Positions 50,001 to 62,160 of a DNA stretch of 64,000 bases are shown here, in pieces. The stretch is taken from assembly GCA_046563655.1 (NCBI GenBank), contig CM102289.1:6200001-6264000 (forward strand). Direction: 5' to 3'. The translations under genes and the position numbers were made by a program. Source of the stretch: Yuukianura sp. NJ FZ-2021. Taxonomy: Eukaryota. The notes below the pieces were generated by a model. That model did no database searches. It worked only from the letters and a program-made list of their open reading frames with translations, and was not told the DNA's origin. The stretch's first letter is position 1; every line of letters starts with the position of its first letter.

Positions 50001-53000
50001 ATGTCTCCAAGAACTTAACTGGCCCCTATCACCCGTCTCTGATCATTTCAGCACCAATGAGCACCCAACTCATTTCCGAAATTTTCAAAATTTCCCCCCT
50101 TTTTGAATCTACATTCCTCACACTACGAACGACCGTGGAGAAGAAGGCAATTTCCGTCTTGGAGCACTGATAGGCCGATAGGCCTCCAGAAGACGCTCTC
50201 CGAATGCCTATCAACATGAGCGTTAATGATTCTGAAGGCCCATCATCGAAGGGCACCCTTCCATCACTCCCCACCCAGACAAATGCCCGTGTGTGCTGGG
50301 GGGCAAAGGGGAGCCTTAATAGGAGAATGCCACCTAATCAAAGGGTGAAGGAGATGATTGAAGGAGATAAAGACATCAAGCATTCTTCCAGAATTCATGA
50401 TGGGCTTGAAGCGTCCCTGGACTAGGGGGCCCTTAGCCCAATGAACCGAAATCTGAGAAGAGCCCATCAGCGCCGACCCTGTCATCAGGAGACGTGTCAT
50501 CTAACCCTTTCAAGTGCCCCCTACTCGATTATTATCAACAGCATCACCATGTAATATGTCCCTTCAAGGGCTTGTTTCTTCTAGGCCTGTTCAAAGCTCT
50601 CTGCTTCAACATCTGCCTACGATTTTTGACCGAAATGGATTCATAAATATGGGCTAACTTACTGCCTCATGTCAAGCTACTGAAAATGAGCACATATAGC
50701 CTAACGTTTTGGTAGGTTTGACATGTTCAAGCCATACACTGTCTGATCAACTTACGTCAAACTACGCATGCGCGATAAAAATAATTCTGCGTCAACCTAC
50801 GCATGGGTGATGGTAACCTACTTTCACAAACAGTTGCGACAGCACAAAAAAAGAAGAAAAATTGGATTGTTACACAAATCGAAACAAATAAATTTTACAA
50901 TTGTGTGCGGTTTCACCTTCCAGGTTTAGAAAAATTGATTAACAAATTTCAACGACTCTAATAAATCAACCGAATTGGATTTCTCAAATAATGGCAAAAA
51001 AGGTATTTTTTCTACACAAGCCACCTTCAAGTGGGCTAAGGGTTTCTCAAACTTATTAGAAATTCAATAAAGCTCCATTTCCTTTCACATTAACTTTCTC
51101 CTTGAATTTTAGATTTTTCAAGTATCTAGAGAGCGAACTTTTGAAAGAAAAAGAAAAGCAAAAGGTAGAGTGAACCCATTTTCTAGAAAAACTGTTTTCA
51201 GTCATTTCCAAACTCCAAACGACTTTATTTACTGCTCTTTTTTTAGAACTTCCACTTTTCCAAGACTCTAGTGGTGCTAAATCTTTAATTGAATAATAGA
51301 ACTCTTGATTCTACAATTGTAGTAGTTTTTTTTAGATTCAATTCCTCTTCCTGTTCCTGTTCCAGATCCTAACATTATTCTCTTGAGAAGAGAAAAAAAC
51401 CCAAGTGGAATAAAAAAAATGAGCAAAATGAAGAAAAAACCTAAGTGGAAGAAAAAATAAGCAAAACGAAAAAACTGAAGTGCTTACTTTTTTTTTGGAG
51501 AAAGAGAAAGTACGACTTACTTATTTTCAGGGAGAGAAAACTGACTTTTCTTTTAGCTTTTTTCTTCTTGTAGATTTCTAGTAGTCTTGAATTTTCTAGA
51601 TTTTTACGATTTTCTTCTACTTTTTTCCGGGTTTGTGAAGAACTGGAAACGAGCAGTAGAGTCTTTTCCACTTGAAATCGAGATCCGAATTCCAATTGAC
51701 TTTTCACAAGGAAAAGAAAGGCAAGAGAAAAGATTTGTTCCGAAGATCTTGCTTTCTCCCTCGAGCAAAAATGGAAGTGAAAGTGAATCAAAATTCCTTT
51801 GGAAAGGATTCGCAGTTTTTTTTTCAAACTAAGTCACGGTTGAATCGTTTCGAAGACAAAACAAGTCTTCACACTTCATCAACTTCTCGAATCTTTTGGA
51901 AATTTAGGAGGGATGTTTCAAAATCTTTTAGAATCCTTCATTCACTAGAAACAAGAATCAGTGGAAAGGCAATTACAATAAATTGAAGTCCTTAGAATTT
52001 GAAAACAGACCCTTCCAGAACAAGTCAAGAGAAGCTACTGGAATTTTTTGTTCTAAACAAAACTTGACCCACCCAACCAGTTTAAATTAACCACTTAAAA
52101 CTTACTTTTGTGTTCAAATACAAACTTGTTTCTTAGAAAAAAACTAAAGAACACTGATGAATTTTGTTCAAGTTCACACAAAGTCCAAAGTGTCAACGTA
52201 TGCAGGCTGTTGTAGAAGGGAATCAGAGATTGGGATCTTAATGGGATTTTTCACAACAACTGGATAAACAAAGAATGTTTTCTTACGTTTTTGTTCAACA
52301 CGGTAATGAAGTAACAGTTTTTTAAACTTTTTGAAAAACTCTTTCAATTGTCTTTTTTGAAAAAAAGTTCAAGTGCTTATTGTTACAAGCTGAGATTCAA
52401 TTTGACGTTCGCCCTGGCCAGCAACTCGCTCCCTTCTGAATCCTGCTGCGTGGGGGAAACGAGCTCTACATCTCAAACCTATGTTGATGCGTGCGCTTAT
52501 CCCCAAGCGGTGTGTTGAGCTTTTGAACAAGCTTAGTTTCCAAAACAAATCGGCGCTATTTCAAACACTTTTGCAAAAAAAAAATGCTTACAATTTTTTT
52601 TCGAAAAATATTTTGAAAAATCTACCTGACGCCTAAGCGTCATTTCTTCACCCGAACGACCACCGCAGAAGCCCCATGAACCCTAATGGACCAACGCCTT
52701 GACGGAACAATTTTCTCGTAACAAAGGGAGTAACTAAACCGTTTTTCGGAAATGACTTCAAAACTGCTCTTTTCTTAGAAAAATGGAAATGGATCTCTTA
52801 CAAAAAGAAACTAACGGCGGCAAATTTTGAAAAAACTGTTTTTTGAAAAAGTGGGATTGGAATTGAGTAGGATTTGGAGCGATTGTTCATCTTCTGCAGA
52901 AGATGGACCGTGTCCTTCCAGAAAAAAATTGCTTTCAACAAAGAAATCATTTTGTTCAGTTTTTGGACCTAAGAAGAGGGTTTCTATCCCATCCCATCAT

Positions 53001-54104
53001 CATCCATCACACCAAAGGCATCTTCCATAGTATATCCTGCTGTGCTTCCTACCATTTATCAACGACCCCCATCTTCAATCTTCCACCACCAACAGAAAAT
53101 CCATTGATTGAATTCTAATTGGGAAATCATAATCAAAAAATAGATTTTTGAAATACAGCGACTGCGCCGTGCCGTGCGTCCAAAAAACAATTTTTCACCT
53201 TGCAACGACTGCGCTATGCTCAAGAATACCAAAAAAAAGTACGCTTCACCTTCCAGCACAATTCGTCACGTCCGTTTATTTTTAATTAGACGCAGCAGTA
53301 CATGGTTACACCTTTCACTTGACCTTTGACCTCAACAGTCATTCATTTCTTAACACATTGAACAATAATTGCGCATATGCTCGTCATGGTCCTTTTTTAT
53401 TTTTGTTACAATAAAAACTATGTTGAGAAAATTGAGGAAAACACACATTGAGTTACGTCACATTAAAATAAATTTTTGAAGCATTTCTAAAAAAAATTGT
53501 GAAAACTATTAAAAAGTTTTTTTTTTCTGGAAATAGTTAAGTGTTTTAGAAGGTGTGAGTAAAGGCAGCGTAGTTTGGAGATACTTAAATTGAATTGGAT
53601 TTTGATACATGTGAGTGCTATTAGACTGCCTGACTCCCACTGTGCCCCTGATTACCCAATAATCCTGAATTGAAAAACCATAAGAAAGTGTTTTTTGAAA
53701 AAGTGTTTCGAAAAGCGTTTGAAAGGAGAGAGGCCCTTAGTGAAGACTCCCTGCAGGGCCCTCTTGAAAGAGTTATGCCTTTCCACGCCTTCACATCCTC
53801 TCCATCACCTTCAAAATACAGGAACAAAGGACGCATCGATCTTCAAACTTTTCCCGGAAAAAATTTCAGTTGTTTTTCAACTGACAAGCCATACCAAAAA
53901 AATTACAAATTAAAAAGATTTTTTTTGTTTTAGTTGGCTAAAGTAAGGTTGCTGGAAAAACAGTTTCTACTTTAAGTAATTTAGTAGGGCATATTGATTT
54001 CTTAAGTATGAAAATTTGAGAATAACTATGAGAAGGTTTTTTTTTTTTAAAAAACAAAACAAAAAAAAACAAGTTTCTGGAAATTCAAGAAATTTTAAGT
54101 GAGT

Positions 54105-55605
54105 TTAGGTATAAGTGCATAAAAGAGTGATGACATTGGAAATAATAATGTCCTTCATGACATAGGGATAAGTGCCTTTGGTTACAATTGTAGTATCTGA
54201 TATGTCGATTTGAATTGTTTTTAGGCTTTTGAGTCGCTTTGACTCATACTTCGAAATTTTGAAATTCCTAGATTTGATGAACAAATTTTCAAAATGCTGA
54301 GAGAGTTCAAAATTGTCCGCTCCGGCTTGCAAGAACATCTTCAACACCATTAAAGCAAAGCCCAGAACAATGAGTCCAACAGCAGTTGCAGCAAAACCGC
54401 ATTCTTCTGGACATTTCACGGTGCAGAAAATGATCGCGATGACAGTGATGTAGCCAGTGACTAGGATGCTTGCGGCAAGGTGCCGGCACTCGCTATTAAG
54501 GTGCTGGGTTTGAAGTTGAGCCATTTGGAATTGAGTGATGCGTCGTTCAAAGGATGCCTCGGTTTGCGCATGACCTTCTGAACTGCGTAAAAAATAAGTT
54601 TACTTGAAAAAGTTTAACCTCGAATCACCATGTTCAAACTATGTTCAAACTCAAATCCAACATGTAAGAATAGAGAACGTAATAATCATCCAAAGTTGTT
54701 TGTATATGGGTAATACCGTAAAACTTTTAACAAATGCAATGTGTAAATTAAACGACTTGACAGAGTTAAAATGTTGGCAGATAAGTTAACGAATGTTCGG
54801 GTGTTTATTAGAAATGTTACGGTATGCAGAGCCTTTAAAATTTTACCTATATGCAGAAGCTGTGAGGAGTCTTAGGTTTGTTCTCATACTTGCGACAGTC
54901 ATCACCAGAGGGCACAAGTAAAGAAGGTCAACGAATACAAAAGCAGCAACGACAACCCCAGCAACTACGCTTGCGCACCAGTAAAATTTGCCAAGTATGT
55001 ATTCAAACGTAACCTTGAGTAGTATGAACGCATGTGTTCCGCGGCTTGTATGTAGCACCATAGCGACTGAGAGGCAAGATACGAAAAATGGAACTATGGA
55101 ACAAAACTGTCGTGCAAAGTCACGACTTCCATCAACAGATATGCCGTAGAACGTTTCTGTGAGTTTAGGAGTATGAAAAAAAATTCATTAACGTTTTCAA
55201 ATATTTTCATAATGTGAACGCTTTTTAGATGTTTTAAGCTATACCAAGTTCACGATGGATTTCCAGGGATGCCTTGATTAGGCTCACGTGACGCTTGTAC
55301 CTGAGAGCGTAAAAATTTAGCAACACCATCCAAAGTATCATGAGGCAAACGACGAGCATTATAATGCGTTCGTTCGCGTTGTTGAATTTTGAGCTAGCAA
55401 CCACAACGTCATAGGCCCCTACTACTAAAAGTAGTACTGTGTGTCCTACCATAGATGTGACAACGCATGGCACAAAAACGTGGCTTCTGGACTCATCTAA
55501 TACAACGGTTACTTCTCGGTTTTTGAATTTGAAGTAGTAGGGAAGCAGGCGCAAAGTGTAGCAAAGGTTAAAAAGTTTTAAAAATCGGTAAGTTCCTGGA
55601 TGCAT
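54105..55605 (-). CDS. Divergent 7TM chemoreceptor-like protein (GR/OR superfamily-like), ~380 aa
   Basis: Exons 55605-55245, 55156-54847, 54582-54105 join in frame with phase-1 then phase-2 introns, the same layout as 11625-13020. Multiple TM helices; C-terminal LKSLKTIQIDISDTTIVTKGTYPYVMKDIIISNVITLL. Confidence 0.68.
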
Positions 55606-57151
55606 TGTCAAGAAAAAAAAATTCAAATGGAAAAGTTTTCTAACAATTTTTTGCCGAGCAGCCCAAAAGAGAGTCAAGAATGCACTAAATTTTTTTTAAC
55701 ATCAAATGTTTGGTGATATTGGATTTGAAGTAAAATAAAAATTGCGATAAAAATTTTTGGGGCAATTTTTTTTTCTTAATGTAGTGTAGAACATCTCTAC
55801 TCGAAGAAACGTCTGCATATTTGAGCATTATGACATTTATTTTGAACAAGGCATTAATAGCTATAAAGCGAAAAACAAAGCAAAAACTAAAACCATTGTT
55901 TTGGCAAATTATAAATTTTACAGGCAGCGTTTTTAAATAGGCGGTTATTTGTTATGCAAAGATAATGTTGTCCTCTAAGAAGGGCATTTCGCAAACTTCA
56001 AAAAACGTGTTGATCCAAATATCAAAATATGTTCGGCCTTTTTTTCAAAAATGTTGCTCATTTCTTGAAAAATTTATTGATCCCAAAATATACTTGGCAT
56101 CGAATTGTAAACAAGGAGTTGTAGAGGACAGACTTGTTTGAATGGAACTCCAAGCGCCCTCTAGGAAATAATTATGGCAGCTACGGAAATTTCAGAACAA
56201 ACTACATGCAGAATATAGGATTTGACGCCTTTTTCAGCTTTCAAAAAATGAAGCTGAAGTCTAGAAAGCGACTGGCGTTTGTTTTCCTTTGACTTTGTTC
56301 CTTTTGACAGGAGATTTCCATTTGTCGTGAATTAGTATTCAGGGAAAGAGTTTCTTCTGGAACTGAAACTCCGACTTCTTCAGATTAAGTTTAGTATTTA
56401 GGAAAAAGCGGGTAGTTTGTAACTCCCGGTTTGACATGTTTGTGCCTGGCAGGGCGGAAGTTGGGAAGATGAAATAGGATGACAGAGAGAGGCAGAGATC
56501 ATATTTTTTCCATCTTCATAACACTGGACGTGCTTCGAATTTTATTCTCTTCCCCAAACGGAATCCAATCACCCTCCTAAGGAACTTCGTTCTGAACTTT
56601 CTTCTTGCCCGGAAACTTTAGAAAAAAAGTGAAACAGTCTTCAAATCCATAAATTCGAAAAGAAAGTGGTGGATTAGGAAGTGGTTGGGCATGCAAAGCA
56701 CACTTCGTACTGTTGCGCTCAAACGGACTTTCTCCGGACTTCGCTTCCAATAAAGAAAAGCGAACTTTCTCTTGCTTTTTATGCACCCGCATACGATTTC
56801 CATTTTTTTCTCAACATCCATATTTCAAAAATAACTGTTGCACGTAGGATTTCCTTTACATAGGCCCCACATACTGGAGAATCAAGAGCTTAAATGCTTC
56901 CATTTAAAATATCACTTGGTTTTCCACTCACGTTTTTCTTAAATTGATTTCGAAAGCACTAAGAAAAAAGTTTGAATCATATTATTTTTATTTTGCTCAA
57001 ACGCTAAACATACAATAATAAGAAATTAAACTAAAAATTTTTAGATGAAAAAATGAATAGTATCATTCTACTCTCTAGTCCAAAAATATTGTTAATTTTT
57101 TTTTTTTGAAATACTCCGGTTCCTTTTCAACATGTGATTGTTGAAGTGCAT

Positions 57152-58648
57152 TTAGTTCCCTGAAGTTCGAAGTTGAAGCATCAGGATCGACCAAGAAAGC
57201 ATCGTTCCGCAAATCTACCAACAAAGAATTTAAATTTTGGAGATTTTTTTTAAATGAGTTTTTTAAAAAATACGAAATTGTTCCAAACTCACTTTTGGAA
57301 TCAATGCATGCCGAATTTCAAAAATTTCTCCGGCAGTGAATGTCCAATCCCAAGTTATAAACGCATTCACAAGAATTTCTACCTTAAAAAAATATTATAA
57401 GTTAAGGATTAAATTTTTACGCATGTTTTAGTTGTTTTTTTTAATCGTTTTCCGCAACTTTGTTTACTTTGCTGAAGGATGCTTGCAGCGATCCATCAGC
57501 GGTCAGCTTGGTATCCAGAAGAAGTTGTGCTAACTCGGACTTGTGTTTCAGGATCTAAAATACAACACCACAATTAATTGGTCACCCTTTATTAAAATTA
57601 CTTTAATTGTAAATAAAATACTAACTGAAGTATTGAGTAGAGTTCCAAGATGTGTAATTGCGCAAATGAGAAACACGTAGTGCCCAATAAAGTTTAACTT
57701 GGCCACAATGTCGTACATGTCATTTGAATTCACGACTTCTGGCATGTGGTACACGGCTGAAAGGCCAAAGAACGTCGTTTCCAGCAGTACTAGAAAAATA
57801 ATACTTCCACAAATCTTGTTAAACAGCGTAAAAGAAGCTTGTACGTTTGAAAAATATTCAAAGATTTCAAGTTCCGTGTGCTTTGTAACTCGACTGAATC
57901 CGGAAATAGACGGAACTGGCAAGTTCAAAAGCTTGAAGTACGCCTCCGTGCGACATTTGCGGGATTTTTGAAAACCCAAAGACTTGGCGTATCGTATAGC
58001 CTCTGCGACTTCATTTGCGACATCTTGCAAAACAATCGTCAAATAGATTCCAAGGAAAAAGACAATTGAAAGTAAATAAATTGTGGACAGAACACGCAGT
58101 ATATCGGTGGCCAATGGAGCCCAAATATTCGTGATCTCAATAATTTTGACGTCGAAGACGTACAAGTAATCAAAGTTCCAGTAGTAGTAAATTAAAGCAA
58201 TGTCAATGATGACGTACCAGACAACAACGCCAAATGCCAGCAATAGGAAAACTGGCAGAGTGTCACTCGCAGAGGAGATGTTTATGCGGGAGTTTACAAA
58301 ATTCAAAATTTGAATTGTTTCTGACCCAAATTTTAGTGTTATGATTCTGTTGATGATGTCCACAAAATAGAACAGTACTCCATTAATAAAGGTTGCGATG
58401 AACGTGGACAAAGGGTTGAGAGTGTGAAGTTTAGGATTTCCCATAAGAAAAATTGTACCAGTGACGATGTTGAAAAGCAAAATAAGAATTGGCCAAAGCT
58501 TTTGAGAACATCGGTGGTTTGTGTTTGGAAAAATTAGGCTTTTAGTTTTTAAAAGATTTTGAATTGGAAAGGAACCTGAAATCATACCACAGATTATAAA
58601 ATTCACAAAGTATAACTTTCGAAAACTTGAAAAAATTTTGGGCGACAT
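57152..58648 (-). CDS. Gustatory receptor (7tm_7-like), tandem copy A
   Basis: Exons 58648-57626, 57554-57468, 57382-57293 (90 nt), 57214-57152. A long first exon plus three C-terminal phase-0 introns is the typical arthropod GR layout. TM7 reads FTAGEIFEIRHALIPK/ICGTMLSWSILMLQL, a variant of the TYxxxxxQF motif. Confidence 0.87.
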
Positions 58649-59132
58649 ATTCAACAAATTTTTGTAACTTCTGCCTCCGTCTTTGCAAATGTAGGCTGCT
58701 TATATACAAGCACTTTGCAAATTGCAATAAAATGGTTCTAAACATTCTAGCAGTTAGCAAATAAGCATTCCAAAATACTTTAAGCACGAAAAGTTTTTTT
58801 ATTTGAATGTATTGCAAATGAAAAAGCACTTTTCAAATTATTTTTATGTTATGCATCGCTGCCCACCAATCCTAATCCCAATGCTTGCAAAACTGACAAG
58901 ATGAAATTTGAGTGAAGGAAGGTTAGATGGAGTTTTGTCTTCGAAATTCATCGTGTTCGTGACCTCGTAATACCGGACTTCACCTTTAATAAGGGAAAGT
59001 GAACGTTCTCTTGCTCTTTGTTTACCCGCATACAATTTTAATTTTTTTCTTAAATCCATATTTCAAAACTAAAAGATGCGCGTAGGCTTCTGGTATACGT
59101 AAGTTCCACATACTGAAAGCTCTAGAGCTTAA

Positions 59133-59713
59133 GGTGTGCGGACACCCTGGAAACTGGGGGTCAAAATGCCGCTGTAACACATGAAATGAAAAATGATCTC
59201 GGACATCGTAGAAAGGTCATACAATGACCCACAATATATCAAACTTTAGGAAAAGACTTGATCTAGTTTCTCGCAAAAAAAAATTACAAAGTTTTATTTC
59301 CATCTATGTAAATAAGGAGGTGGAATGTTTGGGTCCATTTTTTTTACAGTTACAACTAAAATTTTGAAAATTTTTTTTTGCGATAAACTAGATCAAGTCT
59401 TTTCCTAAAGTTTGATACGTTGTGGGTCACTGTATGACATTCCTACGCTGACCTAGACCGTTTTTCAATTTCAATGTCGCAGCCTCAGAAAAATTTTTGA
59501 CAAAACCCAGACGACGGCAACCGAACTTGTGTCAGTATTTTGTTTGTTTGAAAGTGCATACTTTTTTTGATCATCTTTGCACTGATCCTTCTTCACCACT
59601 CACGAGGGTGTTTCTTTTTGTCGATGTCTGCATCTTTTACTAACTGCACAAGCTCGGTTATCGTGGTTACTCAATTTAACGATTATTGTTTATTAGACGC
59701 ATACCACACGTCC
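59133..59713. mobile_element. Non-autonomous DNA transposon inserted at TTAA (Kolobok-like GG...CC termini) with a large internal palindrome
   Basis: Flanked by TTAA at 59129-59132 and 59714-59717. The paralogous sequence downstream of GR copy A has a single TTAA (56890-56893). Internal inverted arms at ~59181-59293 and ~59359-59476. Confidence 0.85.
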
Positions 59714-59976
59714 TTAAATATTGAAAATATACCTTCACTTCCCGCTCACTTCTTTCTCAAATTGATTTCGAAAGCTCTGGGAAAAAAAGTTTGATATGCA
59801 TTTTTATTTTTCTCAACTGTTAAGCTGGCGATAATATATAAAACTAAACTAAAAATATTTTAAACAAAAGTTTAGAACCATTATACTACAATATTTTGAG
59901 GAATTGGAAATGTTGAAGTACTGTGCTTCTTTTCCAAAATGTGTATGCTGAAGAATATAAATATTAGTGCATGCAG

Positions 59977-61497
59977 TTAGTTTCCTGAAGTCCGTAGCTG
60001 AAGCATGAGAATTGACCAAGACAGCATTGTCCCGCAAATCTACCAAAAAAAAAATTCAAAGTTTTAGAATTTTTTTTAAAGAGTCTCCTAAAAACACTAA
60101 AGTGTTTTAAACTCACTGATGGAATCAATGCATGCCTAATTTCAAAAACTTCTCCAGCATTGAATGTCCAATCCCAAGTTATAAACGCATTCACAAGAAT
60201 TTCCACCTTTACAAATATTATAAGTTAAAAATAAAATTCTTACTTGCATTAAACCTACTTTTGAAAAAATAGACCAGTTTTTGGCATCTCTGCTTACTTT
60301 GCGGAAGGAAGGCTGCAGCGATCCATCAGCAGTCAGCTTAGTATCTAGTAGGTATTGTGCTAACTCGGTCTTGTGTTTCAGGATCTAAAAGGACATACTG
60401 TAGCTAATTAGCTATACTTGATTAAAATTAGTCTAGTTGTAATTAAAATTACTAACTGAGGTATTGAGTCTAGTTCCAAGATGCGTAATTGTGCAAATGA
60501 GGACCACGTAGTGTCCAATAAAGTTTAACCTGGCTACAATGTCGTATATGTTATTTGAACGCACTGCGTCTGGCACGTGGTACACGTCAGCAAGCCCGAA
60601 AAACGTCGTTTCCAGCAGTACTAGAAAAATAATTCTTCCAAAAATTCTGTTAAACAGCGAAAAAGAAACCTGGACGTTTGAAAGCAATTCAAAAATTTCA
60701 AGTTCCGCGTTCGTTGTAACCCGGTTGAGTCTGGAAAAAGTCAAAACCGGCAAGTTCAGACGCTTGATATACGCCTCCGGCCGACATTGACGGGATTTTT
60801 GAAAACTCAAAGACTTGGCGCATTTTATAGCTTCTGCGACTTCATCTGCGACATCTTGCAAAACAATCATTAAATAGATTCCGAGGAAAAAAACAATTGA
60901 AAGTAAATAAACTGTGGACAGGACACGGAGTATGTCTGTGGTCATTGGAGCCCAAAAATTTGTGATGTGAGTTATTTTAACGTTGTCTAAGACGGTCACG
61001 TACGTTTTGTCTTCTAAGTATCTCCAGTAGTAGTCGTAAATTATAGCAATGTCGATCATTGCGTACCAGAAGACAACGCCAACTGCCAGGAAAAAGAAAA
61101 CTGGCAGAGTGTCACTGGCAGAGGAGATGTTTACGCGGGAGTTTACAAAATTCAAAATTTGAATAGTCTCTGATCCAAATTTACATGTTATTATTCTGTT
61201 GACGAAGTCCACAGAGTAGAACAGTGCTCCATAAATAAATGTTGTGATGAACGACGACAAGGGATTGATAGTGTAAAGTTCAGGATTTCCGATAACAAAA
61301 ATTGTACCGGTAAGGACGTTAAAAAGCAAAATAAAAATTGGCCAAAGCTTTTGAGAACGTCGGAAGTTTGTGTTTGGAAAAATTAGGTTTTTTGTTTTTA
61401 AAAGATTTTGAATTGGAAAGGTACCTGAAATAATACCACACGTTATAAACGTAAAAAAATAAAACTTTCTGAAATTAAAAACCTTCAGTGTAGCCAT
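59977..61497 (-). CDS. Gustatory receptor (7tm_7-like), tandem copy B
   Basis: Exons 61497-60457, 60384-60298, 60206-60117 (90 nt), 60039-59977. Intron positions are identical to copy A and the last exon encodes the same peptide ICGTMLSWSILMLQLRTSGN. Confidence 0.87.
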
Positions 61498-62160
61498 TTC
61501 AATGTCTGTTTTGTAATTGAAACTGATGTGCTTGAAAGAAGTTTGAAAATGCTGGTATTTATATACTGTAAGCACTTTGTAAATTGGAATGTTAAGAAAA
61601 TATATTCTAGTCTTTAGCAAATAGTTATACGTTTACTTTGGTAAAAGAAAAGTCTTAAGCGTTTTTTATGCAAAGGAAACAAGCATCCGCTTTTGTGCTT
61701 GCAGTTTTCGAGTTTTTGCTTTTTTAAATTTGAACCTAAAATTATCCATTACTTACTTTATTACATTAAGTAATAAGTTATCACTTTTCTAGAATGCTTT
61801 TAGCAGGTTTTTGCTAAACTTTCTCGAAGTTTTTTCTGAGAAATTTATTTTTAGAACGAATGTGGATCTCCCGGCAAAGCTGCAAAGGTTTTGAATTTCA
61901 TTTCTTGGAAAAACCAGTAGTCTCTTCAAATCGTAGAAAATTTAGTCAGTCAAAATAGAATACTTCCACTTGAAAGTATCACCGTTTGCACATATGAAAT
62001 GTGTTGGTGATTTTCAGCTCAGTAAATTCAAACCACACTTTTTTCTTGTAAAAACGATTTCAACCTTTTCAGCATTCTTTTGCTATTGAAACCCTTCGTA
62101 AAGTGCAACGAAAATAAGTTAATCCCACATCACATTTACGTCGAGGTCACGTAAACAAAT

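Larger units (their letters stand above)
56735..61685. repeat. Tandem segmental duplication (units ~56735-58830 and ~58975-61685), each carrying one GR gene plus flanks
   Basis: Alignable 3' flanks (e.g. TTCTCTTGCT..ACCCGCATAC..TCCATATTTCAAAA and AAATTGATTTCGAAAGC) and 5' flanks (TATATA..AAGCACTTTG.AAATTG..CTAG..TTAGCAAATA) in both units. Boundaries approximate. Confidence 0.85.

Noticed and set aside
49672..50500. Cluster of 70-80 aa ORFs suggesting a hidden gene
   Set aside because: No consistent frame, splice chain or domain; partly explained by a GC-richer repetitive patch.
59133..59713. piggyBac assignment for the TTAA-flanked element
   Set aside because: Its termini are GG...CC rather than the CC...GG typical of piggyBac, and it has no transposase ORF.
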